From NCBI GenBank assembly GCA_016748015.1, contig JAAOMT010000439.1, positions 517,527-581,526 of the forward strand: 64,000 bases of DNA, in the 5' to 3' direction. The position numbers were made by a program, and so were the translations under genes. Below are positions 13,139-25,078 of the stretch, one piece after another. The notes under the pieces are model-generated. The model did not search any database. It had not been told where the DNA came from and saw only the letters and a list, made by a program, of their open reading frames with translations. Within the stretch, counting starts at the first letter, position 1; each line of letters starts with the position of its first letter. The DNA comes from Geosiphon pyriformis uo1. Its lineage: Eukaryota > Fungi > Glomeromycota.

Positions 13139-16100
13139 GCAGTTTGGTCTGGAAAGTTGTTACATGTAACATCAGGGGCATGAACAATCCTGCTAAGCAA
13201 GAGGACATTATTAGGTGGCATAATGAAATGAACAATGTAGTCTCTATCGTTACTGAAACAAAATTAAGAAGTAGGGTTCGTCCATGGATCACAGACAAGT
13301 TCGATGGTGTCTGAGTATTCACTTCTGGTTTGGACTCTGGTCACTTGGATGCAGGTGTTGCTGTTATCATGAATGTTTTTTTGGCTTGTCATGTGTACAA
13401 GGTTTCTGAGATGCCTGGTCAGCTCCTGTCTATCAGGCTGCTTTTCAAGAATAAACTTTCTGTGTCAATTTTGGGGCTGTATGCTGGTGCCTCTTCGGTA
13501 ACTCAGTTTGCTCAAGCTGGTGATATCAACTCTCTTATTGCAAAGGCTGTTAATGAATCTTCTTTCGTCATTCTCAGTGGTGATTTTAATGAAGACAGTT
13601 CTCATAAAAGTGCAAGTTTCAAAAAATGCTTTGATTTGGGTCTGGTCAATTCTTTAGTCAGTAGTCCAGCTGCGAAAATGCCCACTTGGGAAAATTCTAA
13701 GGGTGTTAAGAAAACAATTGATTATGTGTTTGTCTCTTCAAGTCTTGTCAATGCAATAGTGAGTCGTAAAGTTTCGAATATCAGTGGGCATTTTGACACT
13801 GACCATCAAGCTGTTTCGGTGGATTTGGGTTTGGGCGGGCTCTTAGATACGCGTTTGAATTCTCTTCGCAAGCAAGCAAATAAAGATTGTTGGAAGTTTG
13901 ATGTCAAAAGTACTAATGAAGCTAAGTGGTTGGAGTTCAAGGTTGCTTTAACTGCTAATGTCTCTATGTTCTCAGATGCTTTTGGTGTGGCAGTAAGATT
14001 TTCAGATGTGGATGCTATGTGGGACATTATTCGCAAGATTATGGTTCTCTCGGCGGGTGGTACATTTAAGAAAAAATGGTTCAAAGTTCTTGATGGCGTG
14101 TTTACCAAAACTTCTTCTAGGTTTCACAAGCTGGAGCTGCTGGTTTCTAAGTTGGTCAAGGCTTTGCGTTTGGCTTCTAGTGATAGTTTTGCTTCTTTTT
14201 TGGAGGTGTGGCACAGACTAAACTCCCCTGGTGCATCAGTGGTTAGGTCTCTGTTTTTTTCAGGTTCTAATTTTGATCATATTCGTTTTGCACTGGCCAA
14301 AGCAAGAAAATCGTACTGCTTTCTCAAATTATCGGAATCTAAGTGTGCTGAGGAATCCTCTATCAAGCAGGCCATTAATAGGAGAATGAAGAGTTTTGAG
14401 CTGAACAAGGGTCACACCATTAGGAGTGTCTTGAAGCATCCTTTTCGCAAGGTGGTCCTGAATCATTTGGTTGTGGAAGATGAGTTGATTTTGGAGCCTG
14501 ATTTGGTTAAGTTTTAGGTGGACAAAATAATGGAGGGATGGACCAGAAAACGTGAGGTGGTGTCTGACTTATCTGAGAATTGGGCTCGTCAATATCGGCC
14601 TCTGGATTATGTGTTTGATGGTGCTTTCTCTAATGTCATGTGTTCGATTAGTTTTGATGAGTTGTCAGCTGTTGTTGAGGATTTTTCTGATGGAAAAGCG
14701 GCTGGTCTTTCTGGTATCTCCAATGAATTATGGAAACATTGTGACAAATCTGTCTTAGATATGCTTTTGGTGCTTTTAAATTTCTGTTTGGTTGGCGAGT
14801 TGGTTCCTGGGCCTTGGAGGGAAGCTTGGGTTTTGATGATTCCTAAACCATATGAATGGGAGGGAGTTCTAATGAACACCTGTCCAATAGCTTTAATTAA
14901 AACTGCTCGCAAGATTCTCTCCAAGATTTTTTCAGATAGGATCTCTTTAGCTTGCAGCACCTTTGATGTTTTTCGTGGGGACAATTTTTCAGTTTTGAAA
15001 GGTACGACGATGCAATCTCCCATTTTTGTTATCAGTTCTGTGGTTGAGAATGCCTTGGAGAAGAACCGTGAACTTTGGCTGGTTTTACAGAACATGCGCA
15101 AGGCTTATGACTCAGTTGGTTGGGAACATCTTAGGAGGAGTCTGGTCAGGATCAAAATATGTGACAGGTTTATTAGATTTTTTGGTGGCATTCACAATAG
15201 TCACGTCAACAGAGTAATGACCGACTTTGGCTTGACTGATGGGTATTGTGTCCATAATGGGCTGGATCAGGGAGAAGTTTTTTTGCCTCTTCTCTGGTGT
15301 ATTTTTTATGATTCACTTTTGTGCGAGGTTAAGAGACAGGATAGTTTGTATGGCTACAGGTTGAATTCTCATTTTATATCAAGAACTGGCCAGGTAGATC
15401 CTCAGGCTGGGCTGTCTTTGTTTCTTGCTGCTGGCGCTTTTGTCAATAATACTATTTGGGTTGGTAGCAGCCAGGCTGCTACACAACACATTCTTGATGT
15501 TGCTAGTGAGTTTTTTAGGTTTAATGATATTTCTGTGAACAACGACAAAACAGTGGCCATCCCCATTAATTGCCGGGTGTTGGATCCTTGTTTGACTATC
15601 AGTGGTGCGCCTATTTCCATTGCCAAGAGAGGAGAATCTCATCGTTATTTGGGTATTTTTTTGTCTTTTGAGAGTCTTTCGAAGCCTAGTCTGGCTAAAG
15701 CTAAGGCTGATGTACAGTTTTTTGTGAATCTTGTTTTGAGAAAGGCAATTTTGGACAAACAGTATGTATATTTGGTGTCTGCAGTTCTTTTCCCTATCAT
15801 TAACTACAGAACTTAGTTCAGTTTTATTTCTATTGGTGTCTGTAGTAAATGGGATACTTTAGTATGCAAGGTCTTAAAGTTCAAATCTGGATTGCCATGT
15901 GATTTCCCCAGTGATGCGCTTCATCACCCCTCTTTGTACAATTTAAAAACTTTTGAACAGATCCAGGCTGAGAGTAAATCAGCCTCCATCGTTGCTTTTG
16001 CGAATTCTACTGGTGTCTTGGATTGCTTGTTTTTTCATAGGTCTCATGACCTCCAGGTTCTTAGCTGGCGTCCTCGTCATCCTTTGCTGTTTCCGGCTTG

Positions 16101-17823
16101 TGTTAGTATCAGTCCCTCAAATAATTTTCTGGCGGGTGTGGTTCACATTTTTTCTGGGTGTGATTTGTCTTTGGGAGGCCCTCTGGCTTGTGCTTTTCGT
16201 CGTCGGTGTAGTACTCCTATGTCTTTGGTTCTTGGTGAATCCTGTTTTTTTAAGTGCGTCTCTTTGCTTAGACATTATGGAATTGCTTTTGTGGAACAGC
16301 TTTGTGACCGTAATGGTAATGTTTTTAGTTAGGGGACCTTCAAGCATTGGAAGAGGCTGGACCCTCATGGCCCAGTCCCTTTCTGGTTTGATCTCTCCGT
16401 TTGCTTTTTTGGTGGTATTGTATCTCTTTCTTCAAGTTTCTCTTTGGCGGATGATCATGTTGTGTCTGATATTTGTCTTTCTCATAATTTTGGTGTGGTT
16501 TGTGACACTTTGCCGACCATTGGAGCTGCCCGCCTTTCTGTGTATACGGATGGATCTCTTTCTGGTCTGGGCATTGTTGACATGAGAGCAGGTGCTGCCG
16601 TTTTTTTTGAGGACATTAACTTGGGTTTGGGTATTGGGGTGTCTGGTTTGGTTTCTTCTACTCTGACAGAGCTGCAAGCCATCACTTTGGCCCTTGAGTG
16701 TGTTCTTTTTTATCATGCAATTGACTTGTTCTTGGATAGCCAAGCTGCTTTGGATGCATGTAGGTCGGAATCTTCGATGGTTTGTCCAGATTTCAGGAAC
16801 TGCTGTTGGATCGAGTGTCATCACATTGCTACCATTATTTGTCAAAAAAATTTGGATGTGAACTGGGTTAAAGTGAAAGGTCACTCAGGTGTCTCAGGCA
16901 ATAAGCATGCTGATGCGCTTGCCAAAGGTGCTGCTCTCTCTACTTGGCGCCTACCTCATTTAGTCAGTGAACGTTTTCTATGTGCTGGTGGTACAGCAGT
17001 TTCTGGTAATTCTAGACACTTTGTTCATGATGTTTTTTGGTCAGTTCATTGAGCTCGTTGGGAGATTGAAGTAGGTTCTCGTGTTGTGGATGATAGTTTG
17101 TGTGCTAAAATCAATTGGTCTAAGTTTTCTATAGTGTGGCACCCCAATTCTCACATGGCGTCCAGTTTTACCAGCTTGCACACGGCAGGCTGTCATACTT
17201 ACTTTATGAAGGCTTTCCATTATCAGCTTCCTGTCGCTGTGTGCAAGTGTTTATATGATAGGAGATATCTCAGTGTGGTCTGTCTGTTTTGTGATAACGT
17301 TAAAATCTCGGATCATGTCTTTTCGTGTTCTCAGGATGCCATTAACCGTGCTTGTTTGTTGGGTGCTTATGCTTCAGCTTGGGAGGCTCTTTCTGGTCTT
17401 TCTTGCTCTTTTTCATGTGTCTTACAGGCTTTGGGTTCTTGTGTTTCTGAAGTTGGAGTTGGTGTTGCTCTGTGTAAGAGCTTTGTTTTCGATGAATGGT
17501 TTCATGAGTCTGTCTTGGTTTTTAAGAATTCTAAGGAGGGTGCTAAGAGGATTGTGAGCTTTGTGCATGAGTTTTGTCTTGCATTTCGGGACAATATTTA
17601 GTTGGTCCGGGCTAGATACTGAGCATTTATAGAAAGACATGGTTTGATTCCACATGACGGCTCCACTCCTGCTTTAGTTTCTGGTTTGCCTATGGTGTTT
17701 TCGGCTGGTGTGATCAGATTGCTGGGGGTAGCTGAGGCATTTGGAGTTAGTTTTGGGTTTCGTAAGTTTTGTCCATTTTTTTCAGATATTGGGGTTTCAG
17801 TTTCTGTGTATATAGGTGTATAG
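13135..17823 (+). pseudogene. LINE-A ORF2: apurinic endonuclease, reverse transcriptase, RNase H, Zn motif (4689 nt)
   Basis: TCNIRG, GDFN, IDYVF and TDH (APE); NMRKAYDSV, GLDQG and FVNN (RT, with the catalytic DD mutated); YTDGS..ELQAI..DSQ..KGHSG (RNase H). All ORF-track fragments are in one frame, broken only by stops. Confidence 0.93.
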
Positions 17824-17989
17824 TGTAATCCTGACTGGCCTGAGTGGCTGGTCACATGTAGAGAGCGCATGATTTGCACCTAGTTTAGATCATTTGTTTG
17901 ATATATAATGCTAGGTCGTGTTTGGACCTCACTCATTAAATATATATAAAAAAAATTTTTATTAATAATATTTTAAAATTAGAAAATAA

Positions 17990-19080
17990 AAAATAAAAAT
18001 AAAAAAATTAGATATACTAAAAGCTTTTTTACATTATAATATAGTTAATTTATTATGATTTTTATTAATTAGTTTTAAATAAACATAGTAATTGTTTTAA
18101 TTAAAAATTATTTTATTATTAGAAAAAATTAAATTTAAAAAATCTAATATTTTATTAATTTTACTATAATAATTAAGTTTTTAGTTAATAATAGTCTTAT
18201 TAATATTAATTTACTGTTATTTTATGATTTTTAATATTAAAAAATGTTTAAAATAAGTGGTTTTTTATTGTTTAAAAGTGTTTAAAAAAAATTTAAATAT
18301 TATTATATTTTATCAATAATTTGTTAAAAAATTTGAAATTATTTGAAATTATTAATAGTATTTTAGGTTATTTTAATAATTTAAATTTGAATATTAATAT
18401 TAAAGTATATGATTTATTGTTTTTAACTTTGGTTTTTAAGTATATTCTATTTTTTAATAATATTATAAATAATTAAATAATTTTGATTATTTGTATTTTT
18501 AAATTATTTTGGTGTTTTTAACAATAAAAAAACTAATAAACTAACCAAAAAAACTATTTTTTTAACTTTTTTCTTTTTTATATTAGTTCAAAAAAAAATT
18601 ATTTTTGTAAATAATATAATAATTTCTAAAAATATTAAATATTTTATTTGTAATATTTATAAAATTATTTATTATGCTTATTAAAAAATAAGTTTTAATA
18701 ATAAACTATTACAATAAAATTTGGTTATTAAAAGCCAAATTTAAAATTAATATAATAAAAAATAGTTTAATATTAGTATTTAATAATATTTTCTTATTGT
18801 TTAGTAGTTTATTTATTATATTGTTTGATAATATAGTATATTTGCTTGATATAATTAAAGTGTTTAAGATGAGTTTTAATTTATAATTATGCAATTTATT
18901 TATTTTTGGTTTTGGCAATAGAGTTATTGTTTAAATAGACACATAATGTAGTCTTAATTGGTTTGAGTGGATGGTTACATGTAGCAAATGTTTAGTTTAG
19001 AGTGTTTAAGTTGCTGTATTGTGCTAAGTAGTAATTGGGCTTTACTCATTAAATAATAATAATAAAAAATAAATAAATAA
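17990..19080 (+). mobile_element. Extremely AT-rich hypermutated LINE 3' portion with 3'UTR and tail
   Basis: 18940-19060 matches the LINE 3'UTR (TGAGTGGATGGTTACATG..GGGCTTTACTCATTAAA); upstream remnants resemble the ORF2 C-terminus. Left boundary uncertain. Confidence 0.65.
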
Positions 19081-19908
19081 ATATAACAGATAGACTTTTG
19101 CAAAAAACTAAAAAAGAATGTTTTCATAAAATTTTAAAGCAAATGCCAATTGATTTTGACATTAGAATAATGAAAAATTATTGTTAAAGTATAATGAAAA
19201 AATTCAACAAGTGAGGTAATAAATTGATTTAATGATTCGTACATTTTTTAAATAAGGATGGAATAAACTCGCATGGGAGATGGAAAACAACAAATACAAA
19301 ACCCTTTAATAATTATAACAAATTGTTTCGTTTAAGCTCTGAAAAATATATTGAAATTTCAAAAAAGACTAAAAAGAATAAATTACACAAATAAAAATCA
19401 TATTTTCATTTCAATAATGTAGATATAATCTATTGTTTAATTACGTTTATTATAACTAAATGATTATTGTGTTAATATACATAAAAATTTACCTTCCTAT
19501 TATCAAAGCCAGAATTCCTTTTCATAACAAAACAGTAGATGAAGTTGAAGAATTTGTGCACGCATTATTAATCTTGCAATAAGAAATTTTGAAAAACTAA
19601 AAATTAGTCTCCTAATATTATCATTCCTAAAGAATCATTTTATATTTAGAATGGTAAATTTTCATGAAATCAGTCACATTTTATTAAAGAAATTTAGGTT
19701 AACCACCGAACAAAATAGAAATGCATTCTTCTTCCGAAGGAGATCCTACTATTAAAACTCCAGAAAATATGTTTTGAATAGGATGTAATTCAATGTGAAT
19801 CTTATTAGAATCTGCTTCCTTATACTCGAGAAAAATAATTAAAAAGTTTTTTCGTTTGGAATTTATTGGACAAAACATAATCGAAGCTAATTTTCAGGTT
19901 TAAATTAT

Positions 19909-21359
19909 CTATAACTTTGATCCGATTTGAATCAACGGAAGCACATAATCCTCAATAATCTTAGCCAATTTCAAAATTTGTAATTCGGTGTTATCAGCAT
20001 GGATACATATCCGGACACGTTCTTTCCCTTTGGGAACAGTTGGTGATCTAATAGGTTTAACATTGAAGCCTGCCCGTTGAATGAGACAGCTTAAATTGAC
20101 TACACTCTCGTTGCCTAATAAGATTAAGCTACTTTAGGTTTCTAATATTTAAATTTGTAGTCCGCTTAATAAAGATACTCACCTGAAAGTATAATGCCCT
20201 GAATCGCGCTTGTGGAAGGTAATAACATGTATGAAGGCAATTTTAGTGAAGATCGAAAGAATTGAATCAACTTTTTCAAATTATTTCGCAGCTAAAATTC
20301 ATGAAAAGGATTAAAATTATTGAAAATAAAAATAATTTTTAGATTTGTTACCTGGTCGCCAACTGGGGAGGAGATAATTTTATAAGCACACTTTATACTG
20401 ATGAGACTACTATACGGCAGAAATGTAGAGAAAATCAAAGGGCGCGCATAATTGATAAGATAAGTTCGAAGGTATTGAGGACCAAGGATAGCCGCTAAAA
20501 CAATCGGTCAGCTGACTGAATATCAAGATTTCGCACGAAGACTTCATAGGGCAAATCACTGAATACCTCCATTGGTTGCTAATGCCTTTCCAAAAGTGTG
20601 CAGACGTGCAAAAATTTGATTTTCTAATCCAAGTTCACAAACAATTCCACGTCCCTGCTCTCCAAATACTCCAGTCGCGTGTGCCTAGGATGAACATTAA
20701 CCCTATTTAGCTAAAATAAATTAAGAGTGTTATCTTTGCAAAAAATTTACCTCATCAACTACTAGATATGCATTAAAAGGCTTGAGAGCATCAACAATTT
20801 CTCTTAAAGGGGCAATATCCCCATCCATAGAATATAAACTCTCCACTGCAATAAAGATGTTCTTTTCCCTGCCTATATTTTTGACAACTTTTTCCAATTG
20901 TTTCACTAAATCCTCGACATTATTATGTAAAAAACTCAAAGCAGTTTTAGCTCTCGAATTTCGTACTCCATCATGAACACTAGCGTGAACAAATTCATCA
21001 AGAATAATTGCATCACCAGGTTGTGGAACACAGCTAAAAAATCCAACGTTTGCATCGAAACCTGAGGAAAATATTAAGGCACTTTCACCTTTGTGAAATT
21101 GTGCAATATATTTTTCAAGTGTTTCAGCAAAAACCGAATTTCCGTCTAACAAGCGTGAACCTGTAGACCCAAGAGGTGGTATTGGGAACTTTGAAATTTC
21201 AGATATAAAGAGTTCATGCAAATTGGAGTTCCGTGATAAACCTAAAAAATCATTTGAAGAAAAGTCAACACTATTTGGGGGTGCTACGGTAAGAGAGCGT
21301 AACAAAGCACGCTTTCTACGTGCTTCAAGAGTGTGCTCTAGTTGTTCCCGCAGACCCAT
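19909..21359 (-). CDS. bioF: 8-amino-7-oxononanoate (KAPA) synthase, PLP-dependent, multi-exon, with C-terminal SKL
   Basis: DFSSNDFLGL, GSTGSRLLDGN, FSSGFDAN, DEFVHASVHDG, VESLYSMDGD, VDE|AHATG, HTFGKA and IRSPTVPKGKERVRICIHA; GT-AG introns; ends IGSKL-TAG. Confidence 0.92.
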
Positions 21360-21769
21360 GTTTTAAGGAGTATATTTTTAAATGCTATCACAAAGTGAGG
21401 TCCTTCCGCTATCTATGCTAGATGTAGATCATGCGGTTTTAACACGTGACCAACCACCCCGGACTTACGTAAAATTCTTTATTTTCAATATTTTACGAAC
21501 CGCCATCTACATATATAAAACTGATAGACGCAGCTCATGCTTTGTCCGCACGTGACCAGCCACTTTTTAGAAAAATACTTGGGGTGGCTGGTCACGTGTT
21601 AAAACCGCATGATTGACCTCACTTTGTTAATATTAAATTGCTAAAATTATTACCGGGTGGCTGGTCACGTCTCTAGTTGCCTAAAAATTATCACATGTTA
21701 GAATATCATTTTACCCATATTTTTTTTTAAAAATACGACTTTCGTGTCGCTTTAGGCAGGCTTGGAAAA
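21360..21769. promoter_or_regulatory. Divergent bioF/PRMT5 promoter containing four LINE-3'UTR-like GTGG[CT]TGGTCACGT modules, including a 33-bp inverted repeat
   Basis: Copies at 21428-21460 (-), about 21532-21563 (-), 21581-21613 (+) and 21655-21670 (+). The first and third are 32/33 identical as inverted repeats. Confidence 0.75.
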
Positions 21770-24700
21770 ATGGAAGCTGAGACCTTACCTTGTTTGCCAC
21801 AAAGGGTTCCTATCGGATTACATTATCCTGCTGCAACCTCTGAGCTTCATAAAGCCGTGACCCAAGCCAGAGAGAGTGGACACGATTTCATCGTTATACC
21901 CATTTCCCATTCACCATTCAAACGCTTCTTGTTTGACGAGGAAGCTAAAAATGAGAATGATAACGAATTACTAAAAACTATGGAAAAATGGAGAGCAGGG
22001 CAGCCATTCTCGCGTGATGATTTGTTATTAAAAAGTGCTCGTGAGTTTCTCGAATTACGTTGCCCAAATAAAATTATTGCTCATTGATTTGTTGTCTAGA
22101 CTTTGTAGAAATCACGGTGGGCACGTTATCAGACTGGATCGATTTAGACTCATCGATTCCTCGGATTCGTATTAATTCAGAAATAGTATGCTCAATTTCC
22201 GATTGTCAAAAATACGCGTTAATTCCAGTGCAAGGCTTTTAATCAGTCTGGGCTATTTCTAATTGAAGGCATTAAAGCAAGAACTTGCCTGGGCCGCGCA
22301 CTTGGGTCTTTCTACAGTTTTAATACCATACCCTTCTCAATCTTGTTTCAATTATGCGAGGAGCATTCATACAATTCTTGCAGGATTCACGTATACCAAT
22401 GTGTGTCTTGACTTTTTATTTTTCACTCATCCTTTAAATTACATTTTTTTACATTGTCGCCTCGTGTCTGTATACTGATTATGACACCAGTTAATGAATC
22501 ATCACTAGATTTTGATGCGTGTACCCTTGACTCATTCGGATGGTTCCACATGGGAAAATAATGATACGGCGAGTTGGGAACGATGGAATCGATTTCGTAC
22601 CCTATGTGAACATCATGGAAAATTGTGTATTGGTAGGATTTTATATCATCCAAAAATCATATTCAACTTATCCAAGGATATTAATATACATTTTTCTAGC
22701 TTTGGAGCTAACCGCTGATCTCCCCGAGGATTATCTCCTTGAACGTTGGTATGGCGAACCAGTCAAATCGGTTATAGTGCCTACCCATATATTCCTTACC
22801 AATGCGAAAGGTTATCCGGTGCTCAGTAAACGCCATCAAACCTTTGTTCGTAAGCTGATGAGAGTAAGAAATAGAATAAAAAATTTCTTGATCTTATTTT
22901 ATTAAATTTAATTATTTACCTTATTAATATAATTTTGCTGCGGATATGCAGCTTAAAGCAAGTTTTATCATTTCCGACACCGAAAATCTGATCCATTCTA
23001 CCACTGGTGAATCATCCAATTACCAAGAATATTTACGTCATATGAATCGGACCATGCCTGAATTGACGGAGGTTGAGAAATTCGCTACTGGTTATCAAGA
23101 TTACTTACAATCACCGTTGCAAGTATGAGCTTAATGTAGATTGAATTTTTGAAACGTCTGTTAAAAATTTTGAAATACCTCGACTTAATTTTATCCTTTT
23201 TTCATAGCCCCTAATGGATAACTTGGAGTCTGCAACTTACGAAACTTTTGAAAAAGATCCAATTAAATATTTCCAATATGAAAAGGTATGGTTCAAGGAA
23301 TTGTATGATGATTATCACTTACATGGTTTCAGAACACTACAGAGGATTGTTTGAACACTTTTTTGCAACACGAACATCATTTTAAATGGAGAAGATGCTT
23401 AATTTAAAATTTATGGATTTAGGCTATCTACCACGCGTTGCTCGATCGTGTTCCTCCAGAGTCTAAAGAAATCACGTAAGTTTTAACCTCCTTAAATTTT
23501 TTTTTCTGTATAAATTTAAATAGTCTATCTAACTATGCAGTGTCATCATGGTGGTGGGAGCTGGTCGCGGTCCATTGGTCAACCGAAGTTTGGAAGCAGC
23601 CGAAAAAGCAAAACGAGGCGTACGCGTATATGCAATCGAGAAAAACCCTAATGCGTTTGTCACGTGTGTCTTCGCTTTCTGATTTCAAACTTCGACAATC
23701 GTTGTTTAAAATAAGAGATTTATCGATAAAACGATCCTTTTTGCTAAATCTCAATAGGTTACAGAACATGAAAGCTGAAATTTGGGGGGATAAGGTTACC
23801 ATTGTTTTTTCAGATATGCGACAATGGAAGGCACCCGAAAAGGCAAGACTATTTGTCCTCAAAAGGCTTTCTTGAATTCTTAATTTTTGTATCGAGTCCG
23901 AATTAAATGTGTCTAATTAAGATGTAATTCTTTTTGGTTGTAGGCTGATATTTTCGTCAGTGAACTTTTAGGTTCCTTTGGTGACAACGAATTATCTCCG
24001 GAATGTTTAGATGGAGCGCAGAAATTTCTCAAAGGTAATTCTCTATATAGATAATAATTCTTTTCTATTTCCTTTGTTTCTTTACTATTCTAATTCCCTT
24101 TCCGAATAGACGACGGTATTTCAATCCCAGCGAATTATACAGCTTACGTAGCTCCATTATCATCGTCCAAACTATATACCGAGGTTGCAGCCTATAAAGA
24201 TCTTGCGCACTTTGAAACCCCGTACGTGGTGATGTTTCAAACGGTGGCTCAACTTGCTGAACCAAAAAAAGTTTGGGAATTTCAGCATCCGAACAAATCG
24301 ATCATTCTTGATGATCATGGTGAGGATTTTTTCTGAAATAATCAAGTGACAAAACTCCTTTTCTGACGAAATTTGATCTACTCGAAACTCATTTTTATTC
24401 AGAAAATCCGATTACAAATTATCACAACACAAGATACAGTAAAAATACCTTTACAATACAAAATTGCGCCATACTACACGGTATTGCGGGTTATTTTGAA
24501 TCGGTCTTATATAAAAATATCACGTTAAGCATTCATCCGCGAACACATTCTCCTGGAATGTTTAGTTGGTTTCCCATTTTTTTTCCCTTAAAGGTTGGAG
24601 GTTTAAATCTTGTATTCAAAATTTCTCAGTTTCTTGCAATTCATATATTAAATTAGTTCCTTTAAATCTTTATCGTGGCTTGCTCCAGACTCCTATCTTG

Positions 24701-24871
24701 CTACCAGAAAATTCAAAATTGGATATTCACTTTTGGCGATTAACAGATTTGCGAAAGGTGTGGTACGAGTGGTGCGTCGATTACAATCTTAATTTAGGAA
24801 CAAAAAATGTTTCTTTGGGAACCTCAGTGACACACAACGTTGGTGGCAGATCGAGCTGGATAGGGTTATAG
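21770..24871 (+). CDS. PRMT5: Protein arginine N-methyltransferase 5 (Skb1/Hsl7), multi-exon
   Basis: [36 protein letters not shown]|[62 protein letters not shown]-like MFSWFP; ends GGRSSWIGL. Confidence 0.96.
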
Positions 24872-25078
24872 CGAGCGGTGAAAAAGAAGGCTATGAAATT
24901 TAATTTAAATAGGTATCAGGAAGATCACTCAATTGTAACGGCCTTTTCTTATTGTAGAAGCAACACAGACCTTTCTATAACCTTGATCAATAGACAGTAT
25001 AAGCTGAGAAGAAAAATCTTTGGCCAACTAATCCTTGTAGAAAAGGCATAAAAATTCTCAATTCAGGGCAAGATTCTT

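Larger units (their letters stand above)
11200..17956 (+). mobile_element. Full-length non-LTR retrotransposon (LINE-A), pseudogenised
   Basis: 5'UTR shared with 46935-47070; ORF1; ORF2 with APE, RT, RNase H and a C-terminal Cys/His motif; conserved 3'UTR and A-rich tail. No clear TSD found. Confidence 0.95.

Noticed and set aside
12207-17879. Numerous alternative-frame and antisense ORFs over the LINEs, Gypsy-B and host exons
   Set aside because: Shadow ORFs with no recognisable motifs, not conserved as open frames between LINE-A and LINE-B.
19909-21359. bioF as bacterial contamination or recent horizontal transfer
   Set aside because: It has several spliceosomal introns and a PTS1, and is embedded among fungal genes.
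21428-21613. 33-bp inverted repeat as MITE terminal inverted repeats
   Set aside because: Homology extends outward beyond the repeat (GACCTCACTTTGT on both sides), the sequence matches the LINE 3'UTR, and no TSD was found.
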